In this document: positions 1-12,981 of the stretch, in pieces
Numbering within the stretch: the first letter of the stretch is position 1
Layout: every line of letters begins with the position of its first letter
Origin: Camelus dromedarius
Lineage: Eukaryota
Length of the DNA stretch: 64,000 nt
Assembly (NCBI RefSeq): GCF_036321535.1
Contig: NC_087436.1
Coordinates: forward strand, 65,784,001 to 65,848,000
Direction: 5' to 3'
Notes under the pieces: model-generated
Databases searched by the model: none
Told to the model about the DNA's origin: nothing
Seen by the model: only the letters and a program-made list of their open reading frames with translations
Made by a program: the position numbers and the translations under genes

Positions 1-3000
1 TATTGTTTGCTTACTCTAGGTCATTTGCTTGAATCTTTGAAAACAGTAACACTGAATATTTATTTTAATGTTTCAAAGTTTATAATGTATTTACAAATGC
101 ATTATCTCATTTAATACAAGTCTGTAAGCTTAATAACTGATCTCTAGATTTTCAGCTATAAAACACTGTAATTTGGAACCAAATGAGACAAGCAGAATTT
201 GTCTTTTTTTCTCATTTACTTATGCATGTTTTATACAATTCCAACTCAAACAGAAATTAAATCATGTATGGAATCTGAAATAGAAGATAATAATTATTTT
301 CCTGTACTTGATCCTACTTTGTCAATTGCATGCCTATAGATGGGAAAAATTCTTCCTTTCATGCTAAATAAAAGGATGATAATGTAGACTTGCTTTATAG
401 TTTTGTCATTTCATAATAATCCCAGTTTGTGTTTGTTTTAAGTCTTCTCTGAAATGTCAGATTTCACTCGACAGACGTTTACTGAGCTGTTATCTTAAGT
501 CAGTTCAAGGGAATCAAAAGCTGAGTCGGAGAGTATATTCTTTTTCTTTTCTATTACAGGGTACTTTTTGAAACATGGTAACTTAATGATAAATGAGAAT
601 CAGGGCTCCAGGATCTTATAGTAAGCTTGACATTTTTAAGAATTGTTGATGGATAGAATTATATGTGTTCTTCATAATTTTGAAGAAATGGACTCTACAG
701 CATACCATGAAACTCATGCTCTCGAAATGTTGGCGGGGATTTTAGGAAAAATACTGGTTTTGAAGTTTAATAGCTAGGGTTGGATAAAACTTCATGTTGA
801 ATAAGATATGAGGTAAAACTTGGACAAAGATAGCATACTTGTCATGCTGCAAGTGGCTCCACTTCTAGCAAAAGTAGGATGGAAGCTATTGCCATAGTAC
901 TCAGTAGAATAGATTCTCAACACGTATACTGATAGCTTGATATTTCCCTAATAATAAATCTGAATTCCTCATGTTGTAATTTAAACCTGTGCCTTGCCTC
1001 AGCAGATTGAAAACAAAATAGATGAAAGCAAAACCAGTTAAATACATACATGCCATCATCCCCACCACCACCAATATTAACACCAACCACAAAACAAAAA
1101 GAAAGGTATGCTTCTTTTTAAAGATACTTTATTTAAGACAGGAAGTTTTATTTTCTTTTTTCTCATTAGATTTGAAGACTTTAAGTTTTGGAAGAATTTT
1201 CTTATTAGTCTGTGAAAATGTTCCCTATCTCTGATACACTTATTTTCCTACCTTCCCTGTGGCTAGTGAATAAGCAACTGGTTTTGGATATTCCAATCAG
1301 AAGAATCCAGGCCATGGTTTGACTCAGAAGCTGGTGAACAAAAGAGAAGAAAAAAGGGTGGGGAGCAAGTGGAGTTAGAAAAAGTTCCATAAGTTCTGTC
1401 AGTCTGTAAGTCTTGGACTGATAATGGTTGCTATGAAAGCAAGAAACATAGGTCAATACCTGACAGGGAAGTGGCAGCGGTGCAGGAGGAAATAGTGCTT
1501 GAAGCAAATTCAAGTTCTTGGCACAGAAAAGCCAATAATGCAAACTGTGGAGTACAGTGCACAGTGGCTGTGGGAGACGTTTTCCCCCTTTTTGGCAAGA
1601 TTTTGGACATTAAGTCTAGCAGGCTAGCCTTTAGTGTAGTTCATCAGCTTTGCCTATAACACTCTCAGTTGCCCAAAGTTATTTCAAAACAAAAACAAAA
1701 GCATATTCATATAATCTTTGACCATAGAATCAAATTATAAAGCTTGCTACTGATTCATTTTTTCTCCTGCTAACTTTGTCAATTTTCTCTATAGTTTATG
1801 TAATACATAAGGTTCAAATCACCCCTAACAGTACACAGAAAATAGTAGCTCCTCATGTTAATTTGGTAGTTTCTATATAATCACAGTGCAGTATCATCTA
1901 AACTCTCAACTTCTAAAATTGAATGTAGGAAAAAGTAGAATTAAAAAAAAAAAGATCATATTAAGACTATTTGAAATCATGTGAAGTTTCCTCAGGCTAT
2001 CTTTCTATTACTATAATTCTTTATGGTTGAAACTTTATTTTAAGATAATTAAAGATTTAACAAGCTCAAAGTAAATTTTTTGTACATTTTGCTGCACAGA
2101 AGGCAGTAACGTATATTTTTTGTTGTTGTTTTCTGAACTTAAAAAAGGGAGAATTATTTTGAGTGCCCTTTTTCCTTTCACACTTTAATGCTTTCCACTT
2201 GGTCAAAAGGTCATGATCCCCTTTTCATTGTGTGACGGTCATATACTTTCAAAGTTGTAAGAACCAAAAAGAGAGTGATTGTTTCACACTGCCAGCAACC
2301 TTGGATGCCATGTGTTCTATAGCCATTAAATACCAATTCAGAAAAAAATGCTATGACAAAGATATTCTGACAGTCCTTGATAGCCATTCAGTACTAAATT
2401 CATGGATTTTAGGTGCCTTCCCTACTGCTGCAAAACCTAACAGGAGGTATAGTAGCTGAATGAGGTTGTATTCTTATAAGAATATGAAGGGTTATAACTG
2501 GAATATCCATTAATAATGAGCTAGAGCTTGATGCCATGTCACTAGGAGCTCATACATATACTGTTTTATGTATAGGAAAACACTACATTAATTTTTATTT
2601 GACATCTATCTAATCGCTATCTACCTATTACCTACCTACTTCATCAATGCTTTGTAGTTTTGACTGGGAAAATTACTGCTTGATAAGGTAGTTTCAAGTT
2701 ATGATATTCTCTTAAATCCATTCAGACCAACTATATTAATATTCTATTATGGGGATCATTCTTTCTGAATATCGGCTATTTCCTCATAGGGAAGGAGAAA
2801 TATGGAGTCATGAATTCTTCAATTTGGAAGGAATAGTTCCAAGAAGAGTAAGGAACTAATAATAAAGCCCTTCCACTACATAAGGTAAAATATGTTATAA
2901 CATTATTATCTCCATACCCCATCTCCATTCAGTTATAATAGGTCACCACTTTGTGTTACTCTCACTTTTTCATCTACAAGAGAACACTTAGGAGATATTG

Positions 3001-3394
3001 AAATCCTTACACCAGCCTCTCCACCACCCAAAGACAGGCTCTTCAATAATTATCTTCAATAATAACCCAGAAAACTAATCATGTCTTTCTGCCATACCTA
3101 CCATACTAAGAACCAGATAGCAGGCTAACACAGACTTCTTCACCAGTTCTCAAGATAGAGTTAAGTCTAATTCTAATAAGTCTATGATATCACCAGTAGA
3201 GATGTGCTTCTCTGAATAAACTTTAATGAACAAAAATGGCTCTAGCAATAATTTCAAGGAACAAAACCTTAAGAATTGGCTCTCTAAATTGGCTCTGAGT
3301 TAGACTTAGGTTTTAATGCCCTTATAAAAGTACTTTTCTTGCCCTCAGTATTTCAGCAAAAATCATAAACTGTAGACTTACAGCAATGCCATAC

Positions 3395-3580
3395 ACAGTG
3401 TTATGAGATTCCACACAGAGTATTGCTTCTGAACAAAGAACTCATTTTACAAAAAGTGGAAGTGCAGCTATTGACTCATGTTCATGGAAGTGACTAGTTG
3501 TTAAAAATTGCCCATCACTCTAAAGCAGCCTGATAGAAGTACAAAGTGACTTTTAAAATACTTATTTATAGCAGCAGCTA
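3395..3580 (+). mobile_element. ERVL internal remnant (integrase fragment)
   Basis: attgcttctgaacaaagaactcattttaca reads IASEQRTHFT, resembling ERV-L integrase IASDQGTHFT. It is followed by a decayed match to HHPEAAGLIE (cccatcactctaaagcagcctgatagaa). Confidence 0.6.
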
Positions 3581-3599
3581 AATTACTCTAAATCATCCA

Positions 3600-3985
3600 A
3601 AGAATTAGCATCAAAATCCCACCACTGATATGAAGATTATAATATTTACATGGAAATACAAATGACCAAATTAGCTAAAATGATTGTGATGAGAAGGAAG
3701 TAAGCTAAAGGATTAATACAGCAACTTACCAAGACTTTACAGTTACAACAATTAAAACCGTAGGACATTGGTTAGACTATCAGAACAGAAGCAAAAACCA
3801 GATTGACATACATATATACACATAGAAATTCTGATTTATGGCAAAGGAAGCTCCATATTATAATGAAAACTATTACTAGGTAAATTGGATTTTTATTAAA
3901 AGATAAACTTGGTTATAAATAATAAGCAAATACAAGTGGATCAAGGGTCTAGCTATGAAAATTAAAACAATAAGTATTCTAGAGT
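3600..3985 (+). mobile_element. Old L1 (L1M) ORF2 3'-half fragment
   Basis: A-rich sequence with decayed L1 ORF2 motifs (atatttacatggaaatacaaatgacc..., ctgatttatggcaaagg, gtggatcaagggtctagctatgaaa). Confidence 0.55.
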
Positions 3986-3989
3986 TCAA

Positions 3990-6900
3990 GATTCATCTTT
4001 ATCATGTACCAAGTTAGAAGGTATCAATTTCATCCTTACAACAAGAAAAAATTGAACAAACTTAAAATTAGCCATTTCTTGGACTCATCAGAGAACTGAG
4101 GTTTCAAGGCAAAAATGACACCCCAAATCTGAAGAGGCAGAAGAATCCAGACAATCACATCTCTGGTCTGCTTACCAAAGCAGAATTTACCAGAGCCATA
4201 AATTGGTGAGAACACTCAAATGGTAATTTTGACAAATTATAGAGGCTGAATGTAGACTAGAATAAGAGTGAGGATTTGCAGATTCAGTGGGACCCCACAT
4301 TTTGTGTTTCATTTTGGGTTTTCCTCTCAGGACCCTCACCAGGTTCTCATGGTGAAGAGTGAGAAAGCCCTCCTTATGGTTCTGGCAGACATAGGAGAAC
4401 TGTAACCATTATGACATGCTTGGAGAATTCTCCACAAAAAGGCCTATTCTACAGTGGAAGAAACTTTACCAGCAGTTTACCCCACCTCAGGGAAAGGCAT
4501 TTCTCTCACTCTAGCCCCCTCTAACATTCTTTTCTCTCCTAGCAAATTAAAAACAAAAACAAAAACTTTTACACTAACAGCTTATTTAATTCAGTGTTTA
4601 TTACCCAATACATCAAGTCTGGGTTTTGATAAAGTGACAAAACATGCTCAAAAGCAAGCAAAAATTCTAAAGAGAAAAAGTAAGCACACAAATGAGGCTC
4701 AGATATGGCATAAGTGTCAGAATTTGCAGACAGAGAAGATAAAATAGTATGTTAAAAGATATAATAAAATAGATAACTTGGCACAATAAATTGGTAATAT
4801 AAGCAGAGGGATTGAAACTCAAAATCATCAAAGAGGAATGTTAGAAAAAATTATAACAGAAATGAAGAATATCTTTGATGGGCTCATCAACAGACTAGAC
4901 ACAGCTATAAAAAAAAAATCAGTGATTTTGAAATTGGTCAATAGAAACTTTCTAAACTGAAATTCAAAGAGAAAAAAAATGACAAAAACATAATACCAAT
5001 ATCTTGAGAACTGAGTGATAAATACTAAAGTGTAATATATACATAATTGAAATAACAGAAGGAGAAAGAGTGGAACAAAAGAAATATTTGAAATAATAAT
5101 TACCTAAAAATTTCCAAAATTAATGACAGCCATCAAACCCAGATATGGGTAGCTCAGAGAACACTAAGAAGGATCAACATCAGAAAATGTGCATCTAGTT
5201 ATATCATAACCAAACTGCACAGTAAGAAAAAGTAAATCTTGAAAGAAGCTGGGGAAGGTAGAGTATCCTACCTATAGAGGAATAACATTAGAAATTACAG
5301 CAGACATCATCAGAAACCAGACAAGTAAAAGGAGAGTGAAGTGAAGTATTAAAATGGAAAAGAAATTAAAACCACCAATTAAAATTCTATATCCAGTGAA
5401 ATTCTTCAAAAGTGAAAAGAAAAGAAACACTTTTGCAGAAAAAAATCTGAGTGAATTCATTACTAGCAGACATTTCTTACAAGAAATGTTAAAAGAAGCC
5501 CTTCAAAGAGAAAGAAAATTATGTAGTTCAGAAACACAGATCTACAAAAAGAAAAGAACACCCACAAAAGTATAACTGAAGGTAAAGTAAAATCTTTTGC
5601 ATTATCTCTTCTCAATTGACCTAAAAGATAGCTTTTTAAAAATTATAGTATCAATATGGGGTGATTATAGCACAAGAATAAGTGAAATTAATAAAGCAAC
5701 TACATAATGGGCAAGGGAGAGGAATTGGGCATTCTCAGTTATAAGGTGTAACACTTAAAGTGTTATAGGGTTATTTGAAGTTCAACTTGGATTAGTTACA
5801 AACATGTGTTGCAAACTGTAGGGCAACCACTAAAACAGTTTAATAAGGAGCAGATTAGAGGTGAGGAAGAAAGAAACAAAGAAAAAGTACATCAAATAGA
5901 ATACATAGTAGATATTAATTTAATGATGTATATAACATTTTAAAGGTAAACGGTCTAAACTGACTATAAGACGTAGATTAACAGATTGTATTAAAACTTT
6001 TTGTTTTCTATAAGAAACTCACATTAAATGTAAAAACTCAGAAAGATTATAATAAAAGGAAGGGGACAGATACCTTAATAAACAATAGAAAAAGAAAGCT
6101 GTAGTACTAACATTAATTTCAAAGAAAGCAGGCTTCAGAACAAGAAAAATTATCAGAGATAATGAGGGGTATTACATAATGATAAAATAGTCAATAATCA
6201 AGAAGACAAAATGATTCTAAACATGTATGCACCTAACAATAGTGTACCAGATGAGGCAAAACTGATAGAATTGCAAAAGTAAACAAACAAATCTACTTAC
6301 AGTTGAAAACTTCAATATTTTCTTTCAGTAACTGATGGATCAAGCAGACAGAACATCAGTAAGAATATAGTTGACTTGAACAGGATTATTTATCAGCTTG
6401 ATTTGACATTTATAGAATACTCCATCAACAAAACTAGCAAATACATTCTCTCAAGGTGACGTGAAACATTTCACCAAGTTAGACCACATCCTTCACCTTA
6501 AAACATAAATTTAAAATAGCAGAAATCACACAAAGTATATCCTCAGACGACAATGAAATTATAGAAGTCAATAAAAAATATAAAAATCCCAAATATGTGT
6601 TGATCAAGAAATTCATTTCTGAATAATACATAGGTCAAAGAAGTTCAGTAGAAACTCAAAAAAATAAAAATAAAAACATTTTGAAGTAAATGAAAATTAA
6701 AATACAACTCACCAAAATTTGTGGGATATACTGAAATCAGGACTTAGAGGGAAATTCACAGAATTCATTGTGTATTTCAGAAATCAAAATTTCTAAAATC
6801 AATAAAAGCTTCTGCATTAAGAAACTAGGAAAAGAAAAGCAAGTTAAGCTTAAAGTAAATGGAAGAAAATAAATAGCAGAAAAATTAAAGCAGAAATCAG

Positions 6901-7010
6901 TGAAACTGATAGCAGGAAAACAACAGAAAAAAATTTTAAAACCCCAAACTGGTACTTTGGAAAGGTATGTATAAAAAAGAATGATAAATCTCTACAAGAA
7001 GAAAAGGAAG
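3990..7010 (+). mobile_element. Old L1 (L1M/L1MD-like): 5'UTR, decayed ORF1 and 5' part of ORF2 (endonuclease)
   Basis: ORF 5354-5575 (KILYPVK...LSEFITSRHFLQEMLKEAL) is the L1 ORF1p C-terminus. From ~5930 there are decayed endonuclease motifs (taaaggtaaacggtctaaac = xVNGLN; gggtattacataatgataaaa = GYYIMIK; tatgcacctaacaat = YAPNN). Many stops and frameshifts. Confidence 0.9.
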
Positions 7011-7059
7011 GGAAAAGTCACCATTTACTAAGTTTCAAGCAGGAAAGAAAATAATTTTT

Positions 7060-7625
7060 CTTTTTAAAAAAATTTCACACTGACCACAGTGGAGAGAAAG
7101 GATTGGAGATGGGCAAGAACAAAAGTAGGAAGAGAGATGAAAAACTATTGGAATGCCCCAGTGAGAAATAACAATTGTTTGTACCAGAATCTTAGAAGTG
7201 ATGGAAGGGCCAGATAAATTTAGTATATAACTTGGGTACTGTAGAATAGACAACCACTTGATGATTACTTGGACACAGACGGTGAAGGAAAAATTCAAGC
7301 CAAAAATGACTTCTAGGCTTTGGCTGAGAACTGGGTAGATCCTGGAGGTGCTGTTAACTGGGGTATGACAACCTGGTGAAAAGTAGAAACTGTAGTCTGG
7401 ATCTGTTCTGTACCTAGATCTCTCTCTAGGTACAGTTAGCAACTAGTCAGGTGGTTAAGTGTTATAAGTTTATTGGTGAAATGAGGCTGTAGGTATAAAT
7501 TTAATATAGAGATGACATTTAAAGCCATGCTACAAGATATATTCAGAGAAATACAAAGAGAAAGAGAATAAGAAACAAAACGAGAGGCTTCCAAGACCAA
7601 ACCTTCAGTGTTCCAAAATATGTAG
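7060..7625 (-). mobile_element. L2 fragment
   Basis: Purine-rich antisense L2 signature (gtggagagaaaggattggag..., aaaatgacttctaggctttggctgagaactgggtagat, gagatgacatttaaagccatg). Confidence 0.75.
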
Positions 7626-10035
7626 CATGAGCAAAGGGGCATGAGTCAGTACAGAGCCTCACTTCTGAGAATTCTAGAATCCAGTAATAATGAATTCCTC
7701 AGGGCACTCAGAATATATGCTAAAATTTCAGAATTTTACAAATTTACCATTAAAATTCCTACCTAGAATAACTTTCCCACCCCTCAGCCCAATTAAAAAA
7801 TATTCATTATTCAATGCTCATGAGGTCTATTCCTTTATAACTAAAATTTTTCCTGAATTCTCTCTCCTCATTAAAGAATATTTGACTATACTTTTTTTAT
7901 TGTTTTTAAATCTTTTTCAAATTCATTTTCAGTTTTTACTGGAACCCTTTGAAAACTTTTTTATTCTTCTCCTAGTACTAGGTACGAGGCACAATCAGTG
8001 CTATATAACACATACTTTATATATATATATATTGCTGATTAAATTAATGCTTATCCCCTTTTTCCCCTTGAAGAAAAAGCACACACATTGATAATAAAAT
8101 CTTATCTCTATCTAAGACAGAATTAAATAGATACAGAATAGTTCAAAAGTATTTCCATAAAATGATTATTTTTCTTGGAAACAAAGCATATGGGTTTGGT
8201 TTTGAATATGGCCTGTGCAAGTTAAATTAGCATGCCTTGAAATCATTTTCTTGTTGCTATTTCTCTTATTGTATAAACCATCAGAGTTCTCAGAAAAGAA
8301 AGCACATTCTTTGATCAACACATTACTTTGACAGCTTTCTTTATAGTAATTTTAATTTGTGTTATTATGACATTTATCTATAGTTTCACTTTTGGAGGGA
8401 AGGGATTATTGCATGTTTGTTATTTTATATATAAAAGGAGGAAGATTATGGTCTAAGAGGAGCAGGGCAAAAATTCAAATGTATTGATCTAATTACATTT
8501 AATCCTGGATTTGCTATCAAGAATGAGGTCTGTTATTCATTGTGATCAAGTCAATTAACTCTTTCCAGAAATAAAGTCCTGTTTATCAGAAGTTGAAGCC
8601 TCTACAGAAGCTAATCCTATGACCTAAGAAAGGTTATTGATCCAAACCTGAATAATACACTCTGTTTTAAACCACAGGTTACAGATCTTTGGCCTTAAAT
8701 AACTTCTCAACTGACCTCTATTTTGTGCTGTTTTACTGAGTTCAGACTTCAGACTTCCCATGGAATCTCTGTATATATCACAGAGAAAACAAAATGAACT
8801 ATGAACAGTGTGATTCTGTCATGTTGTTTTTAATCTTGTTAACAAGTTTGTAGATCAAATCTCTTAAACTTCTTAACTTGAGAAAATCAAGCCTGCTGGG
8901 GAATTACTGTACAACGACCAGGTGTATTTAACAAGGTACAAAAGTAAAGGTCTCTTTGGAAAGAAGAAAAATTAAGGAAAGAACAAGCTCAAAAATGCCA
9001 AATGATAGTCTAGCGAGTAGTTGTGAATGTGAGAGAAGCAAGTTCAAAAGAAACTAAAATTTTGAGAATTATGCCTAAAAGACTTAGATGGGTTTAAAAC
9101 ATTGGTTTGGGAAATTAATTATATAAATGTATGAGTAAAAATCTCCTATAACACTTCTGTAATGGTTCTCCCAACTGTACTTAAAGTTTAAGATTTAGTT
9201 TTAGACATATTAGGTTATTTATGTTGTATGGACCATTTGAAGGGACAACGCGAAGTGCAAATTAGAGTTGCCTTTCTCTGAACATAAATTTTTCAATAAT
9301 ATCATCTCCCCACACTATCCAGCATATATAGATAGAATGAATATTACTTGCTAGATTTTTTTGCTAGCTATCATGATTCTGTATAATCTGTTAATATATC
9401 CTTAGGGCTTATAAACATAATCATTAGAATTTTTACAGTAGAATATCAACATAGAATCAAAGGAGAATGAGTTAATATATTACCATGAGGGTTGTTATTT
9501 ATTTTCTAAACAAAGAATCTTCTTTTAAGGTGGCTTTTTATACAAAGACTTCCTATCTGTCAATCATATCTACCCCTACTGAATACCTTGCTGTCCTCTT
9601 ATTTTATTTTATTCTAGAGATTTGGGGGTAAATTTAGTAGAGAAGGAAAACACACATTTGCCTAAAACTATACAGTATTGTTTGGACTGCAAATATCTTA
9701 CACAAAAGTAATCAACATTTTAGTGGCACTATTCATATCTACTAATAATGTTTTACAAAGCCATAGCTACAAATGTTTACATTATTTTACAATAAATAGT
9801 ATTTTGACAAATGATCCTTTGGTTACTGCTGTGCACTTTTGTTAATTTGGAGCCCATATCATTACTGCTTTATTGCAATTATATATTATTTAAACTCATC
9901 CTATTTTTAAATATGTTGTTAAATCTTATTAGCAATTCACCTTATCATTTATTAAATTATTAAAAATAAATAAAACTAAGAGGTGATTTTGCTTCTCCTT
10001 GAGTATCCAGTGTTCTCACTCTATTCAGCCTTTAA

Positions 10036-10121
10036 GTATGACTGAGTTATTATGCTGTACACCAGAAATTGACACAACCTTGTAAACTGACTATACTTCA
10101 ATAAGAAAAATTATTTAAAAA
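10036..10121 (+). mobile_element. Severely 5'-truncated young L1 3' terminus with A-rich tail
   Basis: tatgactgag...tgctgtacaccagaaattgacacaaccttgtaaactgactatacttcaataagaaaaa resembles the 3' end of the L1 at 45527-45612 (reverse complement). Possible degenerate TSD attcagcctttaag / attaagcttttaaag. Confidence 0.8.
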
Positions 10122-10149
10122 GATTAAGCTTTTAAAGCATCTTCAGAAT

Positions 10150-10212
10150 ATATATAATATGTATATACTATATATAATATATATTGATATTTATATATTA
10201 CATATATATGTA
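10150..10212. repeat. Degenerate (TA)n microsatellite
   Basis: tatataatatgtatatactatatataatatatattgatatttatatattacatatatatg. Confidence 0.7.
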
Positions 10213-11984
10213 ACAGCAAAATGAAATGACTCCTCTAATAAAGATTTCCAGGGAAACAGAGAAGAAAATTCACATTATGGACAACACAAAAGCTTAATGC
10301 AAACTCTTATTCAAGGGTTCATATTTCTAACAATGCATCTTGCCCTTTCTCTTAAGAAGATACAGACTACTTTTTTATTAATCAAAGTTTTAAGTTCAAC
10401 TCACCCTTTCTTCAAAGCAAAAGCCTCATATTGGCTAAGCATACCATTTAAATACCAATTTTATTGGTATTGAAGCATACATACCTCATACATGAACATT
10501 TTCCTCCCTGCCCACAACCAACTCCCTAATTATCTGGTAGGTTAGAACTTGGAAGGAATGTTAACACAAAGAGAATGAGATTTCTATTATTCTACATGCT
10601 ATATAAATTCAGCATATATTTACTGAATACTTACTATATGACTCAAACAATTCTAAATATTGAATATCCAGTGGCAAAAATGACAAAGTATTATTCAAAG
10701 TCTAAAAGAATAAAAGTAACCTAGTGGAAACATATTTGTGCCATAAAACTATATTGATATTAATAATTCACAGAATGTTGCTTTCTGGGCTACCAAGGAA
10801 AAATTAACCACGGTAAATTATATTTCATATTAGCTTATACAAAGAAATGTTTAATACCCTACCCTTTACAGAAGAGAAAGTTGCCTTTGCAAAAATTAAT
10901 TTTAATAAATTTAGTGAAAGAAATATATTTTAAGGGATGTGAAAGTATACTTTTCCCTAGTTGGTAAATATGCTATGACAGAAGGATGCTGAGCTGCTAT
11001 TACTATAGCAGAAATAGGAAATCATTAGAAAAAAAAGGTATCTGAGAATGCTGCAGTAAACTTTCTATTCTATTATAATGGAAATAACTAATTATCAGAA
11101 ATGTATTTTGATGAAGCCTTTCTTCTTTTCCTCCCTGAAAACAATTCAACAATGTAGGAAGTTGTCATAGTAAGAGGTTAACAAAAATCTGCGTGAAACA
11201 GAGAACTTGACACTTAGATACCATTTTTAACTTTATACAGATTTCTTTTTCTTAAATAACTCAATTAATTTGTTGGTCACTGAATAAGCAGATCCTGAAC
11301 AAGATAACTTATTAAATTTTTCTAGACTTTCTCTGTTGCTAGAGTGCTTCTAATGGTCTAAATAATTCATGCTGTCCAGTGTATTTCTTCTATTTCTCTT
11401 CCTAGTCCATTTCTTATTTTAATCTATTAATATTTAAATGCAGAAGCAGACTCATTTGAGATCAATGACTAATTTAAATTCTATGAATTACAAATATTTT
11501 ATTTAACAAAGGAAAAAATATAGAATTAGTTATAGAAAACTACAAATGTAAGAGCTACTCTGAGATGAATGGATTTTTTATGCATCTAAATGCCATCTGT
11601 CAAGAAATATGGTTCTGTATTAATACTTTATGTTGGTCATTGCAACTTATATAATAAAATTACTAAAAGGAAGAACATATATGTAAAATGAACAAAGCAA
11701 AAAGTTTTATTAGGTACTCTAAATATTAAAAAATACCTTTAAGTTTATACATTAAAATCTATAAATGCAAAATAAAAAGTTGTAGCTTTGGGAATTTTTC
11801 AGGAATTGTAATAAATAAGCAAGGCGATATTTCTTATGTTGACAATACTATGGATTAAAAATAATTTATCAAACAGATTTTTCTTACAGTTCCAAAAATA
11901 CTGAATGCATTTTAAGAATATATTCCAAGGCAATCAAGAGTATTTACTCATTTTGCATAGTATTTCTTTTTGAAAGATCATAGA

Positions 11985-12281
11985 TCTTTTAAATCAACTT
12001 TAAAATTTTATAATAGTTTCAGATTTAGAGAATAAGTTGCAAGTATGATACAGTGTTCCATATAACCCACATCTTGTTTCCCCTAATGTGAGCATGTTAC
12101 ATTTGTATACTTGTCACAATTAATAAACAAATATTGATACATTATTATTGACTAAATCCATACTGTATTTAGATTTCCATAATTTTTACTTGATGTCCTT
12201 GTGTCTATCCCAGGATCACATTCAGGACATGGCATTACATTTAGTCATCATTTCTTTTTGGATTCCTCTTAGCTATGACAG
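11985..12281 (-). mobile_element. L1MC/L1MD-type 3' end
   Basis: Antisense L1M 3'UTR pattern: tttcagatttagagaataagttgcaag...tccaggatcacattcaggaca...cattacatttagtcatcat. Confidence 0.75.
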
Positions 12282-12679
12282 AGAGCTTTCTTAATTATAG
12301 TAACTGACTTTAGTTTCTAAAATAATTGGTTTTATACATTTAAACTAGAAATTAAAAAAGATTGCTTTGGTAAGTAATGTGAACTGATTGCCTGAATAAC
12401 AGTAGTGACAAAAACAAAACAAAAATCTTTTCTCTTGTTTTTATTTGTCACCTAGAACTTATAAACCAACCTATTTTGTTTGTGTTTAATCTAAATACAA
12501 CATAAATACAAATAGTAGTGCCATAAAATTTTAGCTATTTACTGAAAATCTTTGTCCACATCTTTCTGGCACAACCAAACAAAATTTCTATCATCTCTTA
12601 GAGTTGGGGTAAAAGAAAACCTCCGAAAGTATCTCCAGTGTAGGAGAGGAGTTATCTATCCCCATGAAGTGGGAGTGCA

Positions 12680-12981
12680 TTCCTGGGAGGTTTTCTCCAC
12701 CCTGCAGTTTAGGGATTTTTATGGAGGCTTCATTACGGACACATGATTGATTACTGACTTAATTTCCAGCCCCTGTTAGAGGATAAAGTATGGGGCTGAA
12801 AATTCTAGTTTCCAATCATGGCTTGGTCTTTCTAGTGACCAGTCCCCATCCTGAAGCCAACCAGGTGCCCACCAAGATACACTTTAACATAACAAATGAC
12901 ACTACTATCACCAAAGGGATTTAGGAGCTCTGTGTCAGGAACCAGGGGCAAAGACCAAATAAACACTTATTTTTATGTCAC
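12680..12981 (-). mobile_element. MER21-like LTR (3' LTR of the adjacent ERVL-type provirus)
   Basis: The reverse complement starts tgtgacataaaaataagtgtttatttggtctttgcccctggttcctgacacagagctcctaaatccc, matching the recalled MER21 LTR start. It is preceded by a PPT-like purine run (cagtggtagaa). Confidence 0.8.

Noticed and set aside
901..2459. Several short ORFs at the window start
   Set aside because: No recognisable homology or consistent splice structure, and the lengths are typical of chance ORFs.
7035..8091. 130+ aa ORFs (7035-7442, 7690-8091)
   Set aside because: The first overlaps decayed L2 and the second is T-rich low-complexity sequence. No domain evidence.
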